From: Takakia lepidozioides
Taxonomy: Eukaryota; Plantae; Bryophyta
Reading direction: 5' to 3'
Assembly: GCA_030704615.1 (NCBI GenBank)
Contig: CM060733.1
Coordinates: 14,818,001 to 14,882,000, forward strand
DNA: 64,000 nt
A model generated the notes under the pieces. That model was not told the DNA's origin and searched no databases. It saw only the letters and a program-made list of their open reading frames with translations. Both the position numbers and the translations under genes were made by a program. Below are positions 12,801 to 24,959 of the stretch, piece after piece. Positions within the stretch are counted from its first letter, which is position 1, and every line of letters begins with the position of its first letter.

Positions 12801-14647
12801 CAAACGGGCTGTTCTGCTCCCCCTCCTCGGAATTCTGCATCTTCCTGCCATGACGTGTACACTGCAAGTTCTGGAGCTGCATGCTCAACACCCTCATTGT
12901 CAATCACCCTCACTGCATCTGTTCCCTGTTCACCTCCAGCTGTCTGTCCCATCCTCCCTTCATACACGCATGCAGGCCATTCCACCACCTCTCCTTGCCA
13001 TGGATCTGAAACACCTGGTTCTCTATGTTCAACCCCAACATTAAGGGAATCCTCTGAAGTTGCAAATGCTTCCTTATTCATCGCCTTGTCCACATATTCC
13101 CCAAGATCAGTTCTGCTGGGTTCTTGTGCTAATTGCTGAATAACGTGAGCACCCTCACAATGCTGAGACTTGTCAGGTCCTGGGTCACTGACATCAGGTG
13201 TACACTTTACAACAAGCTTGCACGCAGGAATCCTAGACCTTTCCTCAAATGATTCTGATGCAGGGGAACAAGCAGGCCATTCCACCCCCTCTCCTTGCCA
13301 TGGATCTGAAACACCTGATTCTCCATGTTGAACCCCAAGTTTGAGGGAATCTTCTGAAGTTGCAAATACTTCTCTGTTCATCACCTTGTCCACATATTCC
13401 CCAAGTTCAGTTCTGCTGGTTTCTTGTGCTGATTTCTGGACAACATGAGGAACCTCAAAAAGCTGAGACTTCTCAGCTCCTGGGTAGCAGACATCAGGTG
13501 TACACTTCACAACAAGCTTGCACCCAGGCGCATCGCGCAAGGGTAAAACCTGTGGAGGCGGAATTGAGGTAGATGTTGCATCAAGGTGCTTAGTTACCAC
13601 TGTGAGTGGGCACTCTGTTGCCACAAAGTAGAACTGATCACCGTTGGTAAGTTCCACAGACTCGCCTCTATGCAATTTGTAGAGCTCTCTAGCTGGCGAT
13701 TCCTGTTGGTTTGGCAAAGACAAGATTAGTGGTCTACTACCTCCATTGTGCCGAATTCTCCTCCCAACCTGGTTGTTACTACTATCCCAGCCACATATGG
13801 ACCTTCACAACGTCCCTGTGTGTGCCTCTACTAGAACTGATGAACAACTAAAGGACTTCAAATGCAGATGCAGTAGTCAACCAGACTATGGACAGAACCA
13901 GAGAGCATTGCGCATGCTCTGCAAATGGAGATGAAACAGAGCATCCAGTTGTGGTCACACATTCTGCATGACTGAACTCCCCTACGACCCTGGTTTCTAG
14001 TACTAGCCCAGCCACATGTAGGGATCCCTATGTGTTTCTCCACTGGAACTGGCCCCACTTTGACATGCAAAATAGCAGTGTGTGCTTTCACTCTCCCACA
14101 TCTCTTTTGTTGCTTGGCCAAACCAGGAATTTCTGCTAGACAGGACAATTGCGCCCAAGACGTACGCGAATGAAATGAAATGGAGCCAGCTGGATTGAGG
14201 ATCAGCAAAAGTGTGACTGGTAAAGAACTGAAAGCCTACTATAATAATCTCCTACTCAGGTCAGCTTAGCACTACTGTGGGAAGGTAGAACATTGGAAAT
14301 GAATTTGGCGATCAAACCTCTCTCTCTCCCTCAAATTTCTTATGAGTGCACTCTTCCCTCCAAAGGGTCGACAACACCTACCAGGGTGGCAAAGAAGTTC
14401 ACTGAATGGCAAATTACAAAGCAGACGGGATTGGAGCCATGGCACTCCAGCCGCAGGCCTGTTTCCAGATGATAAAGACATGCTTGACGCCTGCTGCACA
14501 GGAGCTGCCCTCTCTGAGATGCTTCAAAAGTGCCACGTCCGATCCACGTTTCGCCTTGCCTCAAACCCTGCCTCAAACCACATCAACGAAGTCATGCTTC
14601 ACTGTCATTTCTCTTTTCCTGGAGATACTCTGAAGTCTTATTGCCAT
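9841..14647 (-). CDS. Multi-exon FHA-like + BRCT + RING (C3HC4) + PHD protein; probable DNA-damage/chromatin E3 ligase
   Basis: FHA-like GETWIGRG..CSRRQA..GSNP (~14420-14560) continues in LHRGESVELTNGDQFYF (~13620-13700). BRCT VIASMSGYAG..NTHL/VCW..GKKYEMAK..NHCWFEDC (~12260-12645). RING CVICQ..CGHRFCFPCIYKW/..CPLCK (~10760-11010). PHD CIVC..CGGC..HSFC..WFCSRC (~10225-10360). The 5' end is uncertain (ATG 14647 needs a frameshift or another exon). Confidence 0.8.
12975..13522 (-). repeat. In-frame internal duplication (two ~245-bp copies, 300-bp period) in the linker exon
   Basis: Peptide CKLVVKCTPDV...LGEYVDK.MN.E.FATSEDSL..GVSDPWQGE.VEWPAC occurs twice in ORF 12494..13723; DNA copies start at ~12975 and ~13275. 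Confidence 0.9.
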
Positions 14648-15432
14648 GACAGACCTGGCAACAATAGCTGTCGACTGAGCCCAAATGTGTCTACATATTA
14701 GGTCTTATCTAAGCATGTCTTTGACACAACCCCAGAGATACCCCAATTTTATTTTACCTCTTTGTCTGTCCTCAACTTTTCTCTCTCCTCAACATGCGTG
14801 TCAAGCAACAGGCAGGTGACGTACGAGTACCAGAGCTGGGCCACGAGGTGGCCGCAAATAAGCCGAGTAGAGGGGTAGCTGAGGCATCTACCCACAAGCT
14901 TCACTGCACTCTGGCCAGAACATGTACACAGCACAGACCGCTGAGATACAAGCTTCTCTTCGCCCCTCCAGAAGCTTCCTCTCCTTCAGGATCCCACCTC
15001 CCTCATCTCAAGCTCCCATGTTTCATCCTCATTCAGTTACTCCGAAATTTCCCTTGCCAAGCTCCCAATCCACAGCTCACCGCAAGCGAGGATCGATGCG
15101 CAGGCAACGACGCTCTCCATTTCAAACTCTTGGTTCGCGCTGCAGCGACACTGCTCGGTCTCATGCCACGTCAGGACCTGGATGTGGAACGCCACAGCCC
15201 TAATCTGAGGTATCAAGTAATTTCCATGTCACGTCACAATATACATCACACACATGACACACACGTCTTTTTTTTTTAAGAACTTAAAAGAGGACTGTGG
15301 CCTCAAAGCTTTATAGATACTGGACGAAAATGTCCCAGATACATAGAGGAAGTAAAGGAAAAAATACCTTAGAGAAGGCCATGAAGGCTGATAAACGAGG
15401 CACAATGGAATAGGTACCAAATGACCACTTCC

Positions 15433-15700
15433 ATTTCCAATAAACGTTGATTCATTTCCAATAAACTTTGTTTCACTTCCAATCAACTTTGCTTCATTTC
15501 TAGTCAACTTTGTCTCACTTCCAATAAGCACCGGCTTTTTAATGGAGCACGATATAATGAGATTAGGTTTAGTGAGACATGATTTAATGGTCTACCGGTG
15601 CACTTGGAAAGCCAAATGACCACTTTTATTTCCAATAAATTTTGCCTCGTTTCCAATAAATTTGTCTAACGTCCAATAATCTTTGCCTCATTTCCAACAA
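15433..15700. repeat. 21-bp minisatellite (ATTTCCAATAAACTTTG.. type) in two clusters
   Basis: About 5 degenerate copies at 15433-15530 and about 4 at 15628-15700. Confidence 0.75.
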
Positions 15701-15949
15701 ACAGTGGCTCACTACAATTTAATGAGACTTGGTTTAATGATGCATGATTTAACGGTCTAACGGCACACTTGGAAAGCCAAATGACCACCCTTGTGTTGTC
15801 TATACAATCATACTAGTAGAACCGAAACATGAGTTACCGATGCATGATTTTTTGATCAATCAGCACCCTTAGAAGGCCAAATGCTCATTTCCAACACATT
15901 GTGTCTCACTAAACGATTCTTAATTTTTTTTAAATCCTTTGAAATGTGC

Positions 15950-16215
15950 TTTTGTTCAATAATTAGTCAAACTAGTGGAGCAAATACGTTCGTAGATCTC
16001 TAAGATCCTTTAAAAAGATTATTTGTTCAGTACACAGTCACACTAGTGGAGCTGAGACATTCCAGATCCTCTGAAGACCTTTAAACAGATTCTTTGTTCA
16101 GTACACAGTCACACTAGTGGAGCTGAGACATTCCCAAATCCTCTAAAGATCCTTTAAAAATATTATTTTGTTCTTTTGTTCAGTACCCAGTCGCGCTAAT
16201 AGAGCTGAGACATTT
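15950..16215. repeat. ~70-bp tandem repeat, about 4 degenerate copies
   Basis: Recurring TTTGTTCAGTACACAGTCACACTAGTGGAGCTGAGACATTCC near 15951, 16022, 16093 and 16176. Confidence 0.8.
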
Positions 16216-16589
16216 TGCAAACAGCAGTCCAGGAGTATTACTTCAATGGCTCAGCAGTATCAGTCCTCATCTCAGAAGAGAGATGAATTGTTAGCTGCTA
16301 AGGGTTTAGGGTTTAGGGTTAGTATTAGTCTCGAGAAGCACAACAAGTTAAAGATTTCTAATTTGAAGAATCTTGGTGTAATCTCTGATGACGAATTCAA
16401 ACAGCAAGTGAAAGTGCTTCTTAACTTGTAATTAGAAATCCCCATCCCATCCAAATTCATCGGGGTTTCCAAGTTGATCACCGATGATCTCAAATGTGAA
16501 ATCCATTCTTCTTCTGTGAATGAAGTTTTTCAATAAAGTTGAACAAATGATTGTACTTTGGTTTTGTTGAGTCAAATCTCTTCAGGAGT

Positions 16590-18030
16590 CGTCTTCATTT
16601 TCGTTTCAGTCCTCCAATGCCCCAGGCTGCCGCCATAACATTCAAGGCCACCACGTCCTTAAAGTCCCAAATCCGCCGAGGCAGCCCCCATAAAACCAGA
16701 TCTTCTATGACCCAAAGAAATTACAACCTAGCTCATTAATCCACAGGCCCTGCTGTCAAGGATCAAAAGATAGGGTATGGTCTGTATGCAAGCCTCAGGA
16801 GACAGGCCAGACAGGTCGAGCTGCCCCATCGACGGCAGAACAACAAAAGCCAAAACATAGGGTGTAGCATGCCAAACCAGGAGCAGTCGGGCTGAATTCG
16901 GGGCTGCAGGCAGCAACCACTTCAAAGCGCGATAACTTACAGGTCTCCTCAGCCCATATCCCCAACTGCATGCTCAAGAAATTTCAAAGTAGGTGAGGAT
17001 CCTCACCTGGTCCCATCACAAACCCCCACAAAATCAACATATTAGTGAGGATTGTGGAACCCCAGGTGAATCACAGACGATCACACTTGTCATCGATGTC
17101 AACTAAGAATCTCAAAAGCAAGAGAAGAAGATAAGAACACAATGATCCCTAAACTCCAAAGGCACCTTAAGCGATTGGGGAAGAGGGTTGTGTGCCATCA
17201 CCACCCGCAGCAAGCTGCCTCCACAAAGCACATGAGCAATGAAGCAAAGCAGGCAAACTCGCAAGGCAATATAAGGGAGGGAGAGAGACTTCCCAGCACA
17301 AATGCCACTGCTAAAATTAAAAGCCAGAGGAGGGAAGATGCCACAACATTCACAGCAGTGTTTCCTTCTGCTAGAGAGACAAGGCGCCGCCTTTGTGCGT
17401 GCTAGCCACCAAAGCACGTCCGCCATAACACTCTCGCCGCGAGCTCAGAAGCACATCGCGTGCTTCTGACAGAAAGAGAGACAACATAGGGTTTTTTGGC
17501 CTGATTTTTCATCCGTGGATGAAAAACAGTTAAAAAAACATCCTTCTAACCTGACGGATTTCATCCGTAGCAGAGTTAAAAATAGGTTTTAGGGTGGGGG
17601 TTAGGGTTTCACCCCGTAATTAATCATAATTAGGGGTAGTTAAGATCAATTCCAGGCCATAATCATCTATACTCGTCATCCATAAACAGATCACTTGTCA
17701 GGATGAAAAGTATGGAATATCATCTGTGGCAGTGGTTAACCTCCTCCTAGGTAATTCATTATTCCTCACCAGACCACCCGGTATGGATAAAAAAAAGTCA
17801 ATGAAAGAGGAATGAAAAATTATAATCCTAGTAGCTTTTCAACCGGTATGGAGGAAAAACAGGATGTTGTTGGCAACCCTCATAGAGGCAATTTTTCATT
17901 CCTTGGTGACTCATCCGGTATGGATGAGAGTCAATAACGTTAATTCAGTGTCCATCCTGGTGGCTCATCCGGTATGGATGAAAAACCGATAGAGGATGGA
18001 TGAAACTTTGTCAAAACTTCATCCGGTATG
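16590..18030 (+). repeat. Copy 1 of a ~1.45-kb dispersed direct duplication (copy 2 at ~21390-22850)
   Basis: Long near-identical blocks, e.g. CAAAGTAGGTGAGGATCCTCACCTGGTCCCATCACAA at ~16985 and ~21749, and CACACTTGTCATCGATGTCAACTAAGAA at ~17082 and ~21847. Confidence 0.9.
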
Positions 18031-18092
18031 GAAAAAAAAAACAGGAAATCAACACTCATATCAATCTGCCGGCAGCTGCTCAGTCACCCCCC

Positions 18093-18132
<40 letters not shown>

Positions 18133-18512
18133 CCCTCTCTCTCCCTCTATAACTCTTTGGATTTCATCTGGCCTTAACCTTTTGAGGTTATTTAGTTTTT
18201 CATCCCAACCTTTTTCATCCAAATCTGGATGATATTATTATAGGATGATGAAACTTAATGTACAGAAAGCTTGGTTTACCATCTATTTCTTTCATCTAAA
18301 TTGGATGAACTACATGAATAATGGTTACCTATTTTAAAATCCAAGAGATAATAAAACTACCATCATAAATGATGGCAGTTATTAAACCTAAGCCTATACC
18401 ATAACCCGAAAAGATACCTTTTTATTGGATGTCATCCATTGACAATGTGCTTCTCTTGATAAAATGTGATTTTTCATCCACCCTGGATGAGAAATCGGGA
18501 AGTTATGCCCTA
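17487..18512. mobile_element. Non-autonomous TIR element, hAT-like (TAGGG...CCCTA ends) with CATCC/GGATG subterminal repeats
   Basis: Left end TAGGG..GATTTTTCATCCGTGGATGAAAAA; right end in reverse complement TAGGG..CCGATTTCTCATCCAGGGTGGATGAAAAA. Many CATCCGGTATGGATG copies. No 8-bp TSD visible. Confidence 0.55.
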
Positions 18513-20438
18513 AGCACGCCGACACATTTCACAACACTGAACTCGTGCTTCAGTGAACCTTGATGATGCGCCGCGTAAACCTGCTCCCCTGCTGCTACAT
18601 GATACTCGTGATGGCTGGCTCTTGGGATGCGCATTGGCGGTTAGGCAGATTCATCTCTGGCAGACGACAAAGCGATGATCGTTTTGCTCAGAAACTCATG
18701 GTTCATTATTTTGCAGCGGCACTTTTACTCCTCGTTGGGAAGTACTCTATCCCTATTTATATACAGATTACATGTTGCTCTCTTCTTGTATGAGCCATTC
18801 TCTATCTGTGAACGCTTCTACTTTGATTGCGTTCTGTTGGAGACGATCTGTTGGACGCCATGGCGCAGGGCATACCACAAACACTCAAGGTTTTTTGAGT
18901 TTACCCTTGCTTGAATTGTGATTTGTACATGCTTTAGAATTCAACACTGACATGGATAGCAACTGTGAAGACCTGCCACTCACCTGCTGCATCCTCACTA
19001 ACACACATCGCTATGTGGTGGTTTTTGGGACGGGCACAGGTGAGGGTCTTCACTTGTCTTGATTTCTTGAAGCTTGCAGCTCCTGTTCTTGCAAATGTGG
19101 ATACTGCTGCTGCCTAAGCTGCTGATGCCATTTGCTGCTTCAAACTGCCACCATGCCGCTTCAGACCTGCTCCAAGATGGCTCCAATGAGGATCTGCTTC
19201 TCTCCTTACCCCTGTTTCTGGTTTTTTACAACCACATTTGCATGTGTAGGAGTTAAGCTATGAAGGGTACAAGGGTACAAAATAGCAGTTATTACTCTGA
19301 ATGCTTTGATACTTGGCTCTGAAATGAAACTTCTTGGTATGACTTTGATGGATCAAAAGGATAAGCTTTGATAGATAACACACATTCTTCAAGGCCCTCA
19401 TATCATTTTGGTTTCATGGCTTGATAACAAACAGGGGTTTCTGAGCTGCTCTTTCACCTTGGCAGAGCTATTTTATGAGGCCTTAAAATACCATTCCAGG
19501 CCTATACCTGCTTAAGGGGGCTCAACCCTGTTGTTTCTTCTTCCTTTTTAAGAATCTTGCTTGTATCTTGGTTCTGAAACATCAACTTCAAACCAGTACT
19601 GTTTCTTAGGGAAGTGAAATGCTCAAGACCTGGATTTTGTTTGCCTTGGCCCGCTAAAGACTCTCAATTTAAAGGCCTGGCTGCAGGCAGGGTTCTTCTG
19701 AGTTTCTTTGTTAACTCAGATCTTTGGAGGTTCTAGAATATCACTCAAGACCTAGATCTGTTTTGGAACACTCAACCTTGCATAGGTTTCTTGTTTACTG
19801 CTTGTGGTTTGGCATTGATACATCACCAAACTAGCTTTGGAATGAAACCTCTCAGCTTGACTCTGTTGTGTCAAACAAGTACGTCTTGTTTAGGGAACAC
19901 ACACACTCATTATGGCTCTCATAGCAGTCTGAATTTGAGGGCTGATAGCAGGCAAATTTGGGATAATTTGCCTTACTTCTGTTCTATGATTCCTGCTTGT
20001 GACACGACACTGAAACGTCACCTTCAGGCCAGCAATAGCCTCTAGGGATAAGACTTGTTCAAAACCTGGATGTTGGCATGCAGCCTCATGATATATACCA
20101 TGTCTTGAACCATGCCAATAGGGCAAGAGGAAACATGATGTAAACCAGCAAATGCTTAAGGCATATTTGTTTGACTGTTCAAACTCAACTTGAATTGTTT
20201 TTGAGCATGAGTCTTGGGGAATGTCCCAAGACCTACAATCTGGTTTTCACAACTTATTTTGCTAAGGTGTTGTGTCTACTTGCAAATACTTAAGGCATGT
20301 ATGGCTGGCTGTTTCAACTTGAAGTGCTATGAGCTTGATTCTGGGAAATATCCCCAAACCTGCAATCTGGTTTTTGAAATGAGTTTTTGAAATGATGGTG
20401 CAAACTATGGTGCTTTCATGATATGATTGACCTGGAAT

Positions 20439-20856
20439 CCCACCCTCCCACCCTGTTTTTTCAGAGACCCTGAAATGTAATGGGGTATTCAAATGAGATT
20501 GTAAACATGAAAGGGAATGTTAGATGGTGCCCTATAAAGGGCTGTTTTGTCTTTCAATGACAATGACCTTAGCGGTCTTGTCCATGTCTTGACATGACAT
20601 GTATATCTTCCCTCTCTTTTGTGTTGCTCACAAAAAAAAAAAACCACAGAGAGAGAGAGGGGGTAGAAAAAGTTTTTTAAAAAAAAGGAAAGATATTCAC
20701 GTCATGTCAAGACATGGACAGGACCCATAAGGGTCATTGTCAATTAAAGACATAAACAGCCCTGGATAGGGCACTATCTCACATTTCCAGTCTTGTCAAA
20801 TCAACCCAAAAGACAGCACCCAATCATCCAAGATAAAACAGGGTGGGAGGGCGGGG
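20439..20856. mobile_element. Fold-back / MITE-like element (~420 bp)
   Basis: Outer inverted repeat CCACCCTCCCACCCTGTTTT (~20440) / AAAACAGGGTGGGAGGGCGG (~20834). Inner ~95-bp imperfect inverted arms at ~20522-20615 and ~20685-20780. Confidence 0.7.
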
Positions 20857-21389
20857 TTTGTTCTTGTGTGGGACAAGATAAGATATTGCTATCCTTGTGC
20901 ATGTTGCAAGGCCTCTTGGTTCAGCCTGTACATATACCAGCAGCTTACCAATTCAGCCATTAATTATGGCAAGTCATGCATCAGCCAGGGCATAAGGACC
21001 AGCCTGCAGTTTGTCAGAATCTCAGTATGCCATCAAGCAGTCCAACTTGATCCAGATGAAGTAAATTCCATATCATTTGTATTCACCCCGAGACATGTGA
21101 TCATACAAGGTATCAAGGGAATGTGAATGCAGCTTGTCAGATTGCAGGTTCAAGACTTGTACCAACAAGCAGCATGAACAGCCGAGATCCATCCTCTTTT
21201 GTATAAAAAACAGATTGCATGTCATAGGCCTGATGTCATGACAGATCCAAAACAATAGGTAGGATTCCATTGCAGCTTACCATCCTCATTCTTCAAGAGT
21301 TCCATGCTAAGACATGCAAAGAACACCTTACTACGATCCGGTACACATCAGAAGTAGGCCTGACAAGGAGCAGGGCAGTACCCTACCAT

Positions 21390-22850
21390 ACTGTCGCCTT
21401 AAACTTCAAGGCCATCAGATCCATAGTTACCCAAAACCGCCAAAAACATACCACCAAAAACCAGATCCTCTTTGGCCAAAATAACTTACAACCTAGCTTA
21501 GTAATCCACAGGCTTTGTTGTCAAAGATTAAAAGGTAGGGTATGGTTTGTATGCAAGCCTCAGGAAATAAGCCCGTCAGGCCGAGCTGCGCATTGGCGGC
21601 AGAACGACAAAGGCCAGAACGCAGGCTGTAGCATGTCAAGTCAGGGGCAGTTGGGTTGAAATCGGGGCTGCAGTTAGCAGCCACCTCACAGCGCGCAAAC
21701 CCCTAGGTCTCCTCAGCCCATATCCCAATCTGCATGCTCAAGAAACTTCAAAGTAGGTGAGGATCCTCACCTGGTCCCATCACAAGCCCCGACAAAAACC
21801 AACAGGTTAGTGAGGATTGTGGAACCCCAGGTGAATCACAGACCCTCACACTTGTCATCGATGTCAACTAAGAAACTCAAAAGCAAGAGAAAGAGATAAG
21901 AACATGAGAATCCCTAAACTCCAAAGGCACCTTAAGTGATTGGGGAAGAGGGTTATGCGCCATCACCACCCGCAGCAAGCCGCCTCTACAAAGCACATAA
22001 GCAATGAAGCAAGCAGGCACAATCGCAAGGCACTAGAAAGGAGGGAGAGAACTTCCCATCATAAGCATCTTTGCTAAGCACAGAAAAAGCCAGAGGAGGG
22101 AAGATGTCACTGCTTTCATAGCGGTGTTTCCCGCTGTAAGAGAGACAAGGCGCCGCCTTCGCGCCCCCCCCCCCCCGGCGCTCGTCCAGCATGGGTACGA
22201 CACCAACAACGGGGCAGCCACCGAAGCACGCCCGCCATAACACTCTCCTCGCAAGATCAGAAGCACATTGCGTGCTTCTGACAGCAGGAGAGACGACATA
22301 GGGTTGTCCCCCGATTATTCATCCGTGGATGAAAAACAGTAGGACGAATCCATATACCCTGACGGATTTCATCCGTAGCAAGGTTAAAAATAGGTTTTGG
22401 GGTAGGGGTTAGGGTTTCCACCGTAATTAATCATAATTAAGGGTAGTAAAGATCATTCCAGGCCATAATCACATCATCCATAGACAAATCACTTGTGTCA
22501 GGATGAAAAAGTAGGGAATATCATTCGTGGCAGCGCCTTACCTCCATCTAGGTAATTCTATCATTCCTTACCAGACCATCCGGTATGGATAAAAAGAGTC
22601 AATAAAAGAGGAATGAAAAATTATCACCCTGGTAGTTTTTCATCCGGTACGGATGGAAAAACAGGATGTTGTTGGCAACCTCCATAGAGGTAATTCTTTT
22701 CTTCCATGGTGACTCATCCGGTATGGATGAGAGTCAATAGAAGAGGAATGAAAAGGCCAAAAGAACCATCCTAGAGGTAATTCAGTGTCCATCATGGTGG
22801 CTCATCCGGTATGGATGAAAAAGCTTGATAGAGGATGAGAAAACAAAAAA
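21390..22850 (+). repeat. Copy 2 of the ~1.45-kb duplication, including a truncated copy of the TAGGG-ended element from 22299
   Basis: Collinear similarity to 16590-18030. Confidence 0.9.
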
Positions 22851-23079
22851 TCCACACTGATAGCAAACTGCCAATTCCCAGTAGAGAGGGAGACAGAGGG
22901 AGAGAGGGGGCAACAAAAAAAAAAAAGTGGGGGCGGGAGTGACCGAGCAGCTGTAGCTGTTGAGCAACAGCTGCTCAGTCAACCCCCGCCGCCCCCCCCC
23001 CCCCACATTTTTTTTTTCTTTTTTTTGGGTTTCCTGATCTCTCCCTCTCCCTCTCTCTCCCTCTCTCTCCCTCTTTTTT

Positions 23080-24665
23080 AAGCTCCCAACGATATGAGTT
23101 TAAGGTCAGATGGTGGGGTCAGCTGCAGCATATCCAACACCAAATATCCTAAGTTAATCGACTCTATATCTTGGAAACATGACCGCCCATCGGCCTGTCT
23201 AACAGGCTAAGTCCTGGCAGAAGACAGTAAAAGAGATTCTCAAGGACCTAGATCTGGAACCGCAAGTCTTTACCCTACTGGATAAATCTGACTTAGAGGC
23301 TGTAGTGTCCAACCATGTCTGTTGCCATGAGATTATCTGATGAAAATGAAGTTATGCAAAAAACTTCCCTGAACTTGTTTCCAGTCTATGACATGGGGGA
23401 GGACATCTTGGATGACCTCAAGGGTCTACCCACCTCGGCACTAGACTGAAATTTAAACTCGGGGCAGGAAGCCTACCTTTGATAAGCAAACAGAAGTAGA
23501 GAGGAAAGAGAGAGTGCAATTGCCCGTTGTGACCTGAAGACATTATTCATTTTTTGAATACACTGTCCAGGGTTCTCTCACCAAAGAGACGCTCTCTTCA
23601 AATCTATCAAGGGAATTGTGCATGTACCTCTGTTTACTAACTTTGAAAGTCTCGAGGTTGAGCCAAAAGCCCAGCCCCTTCTGAGGCCTAGTTTTTGGGC
23701 AACTCACACACAACAGATTGATGCTTGTGTGAAGGGATTTGTAGAGGATATCTGGAAAACCCGGATTAATTCTATATGTGAAGGTAAGTCTTATTACCAA
23801 CGTCAGCCCCTGACAGAGGTAGGATCTGTCCCTTTTGTTTCCCCAAGAGATGGGGCAACAAAGGAAAAAAAAAAAAATGTGGGGGGGGGGGGGGGGAGTG
23901 ACTGAGCAGCAGCTGCTTAGTCACTTCCCCCCCCCCCCCCCAACCTTCTTTTCTTTTCTTTGTTGCCCGCTGATGTCTCCCTCTCACTCCCTCTCAATGT
24001 CCCTCTCTGTCCCTCTCTCCTGCTCCCTCTCTCTCCCTCTCTTCTGTGCTGCTCTCTTTTAAGCTCCTGACAAGATAAATTCAAGGTCAGATGGTGGGTT
24101 CAGCTGCAACATATGTCCAACACCAGATATCCTAAGTTAATTGACTCTATATCCTGGAAACAGGACCGCCCTGTCAAACAGGGTAAGCCCTGGGAGAAGA
24201 GAGTAGAAGAGATTCTCAAGGATCTGAATCTGGACCCGCAAGTCTTGACCTTGCTGGATAAACCTGACTTAGAGAGAGTGTAGTGTCTAAAGCCATGTCT
24301 ATTACCAGAAAATTGTCCGATGAAAATGAAGTTAGGAAGAAAACTTCCCTGAACCTGTTTCCAGTCTGTGACATAGGGGAGGACATCATGGATGCGCTCA
24401 AGGGTCTATCCTACTCTTGGCACCAGACTGAAATTTAAACTCAGGGCAGGAAGCCTACCTTTGAATAGTAAACAGAAGCAGAGAGGAAAGGGAGAGTGCA
24501 ATTGCCCGTTGTGTGGGCAACCTGAAGACAATATTCATTTTATGATGTCCGGGGTTCTCTCACCAAAGAGACGTTTTCTTCAAATCTATCAAGGGAATTG
24601 TGCATGTACCTCTGTTTACCAACTTTAAAAGTCTCGAGGCTGAGCCAAAAGCAGAGCCCCTTCTG
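23080..24665 (+). mobile_element. Tandemly duplicated (~980-bp period) degenerate 3' fragment of a LINE ORF2 (zf-RVT-like region)
   Basis: Copies at ~23080-23680 and ~24061-24665. Translation LGTRLKFKLRAGSLPLN..CNCPLCGQPEDNIHFM is a CCHC-type C-terminal motif of LINE RT proteins; multiple stops. Confidence 0.65.
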
Positions 24666-24719
24666 CTCAATAACCCCCCCCCCCCCCCCCACCCTTTTTT
24701 TTTCAGTTTGTTTTGTTTC

Positions 24720-24723
<4 letters not shown>

Positions 24724-24790
<67 letters not shown>
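24724..24790. repeat. (CT)n microsatellite
   Basis: Uninterrupted CT dinucleotide run of roughly 33 units. Confidence 0.95.
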
Positions 24791-24794
<4 letters not shown>

Positions 24795-24959
24795 TTTGAT
24801 GGCTATCTATGGTAATGTAGCCCAGTCTTAGTGGCAATCTTTATATGTTTCCAATTGATATAGACATGTCAAAGTCTGGGGATGCTGAACATGAAGGACC
24901 AGCAGGGATTTCGCCCTCTTTTCTTCGAAAAAAAATCAATAAAAGAATAAGGATAGAGA

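Noticed and set aside
14794-15279. 161-aa plus-strand ORF
   Set aside because: No domain; lies antisense in the probable 5' UTR/promoter of the FHA-BRCT gene.
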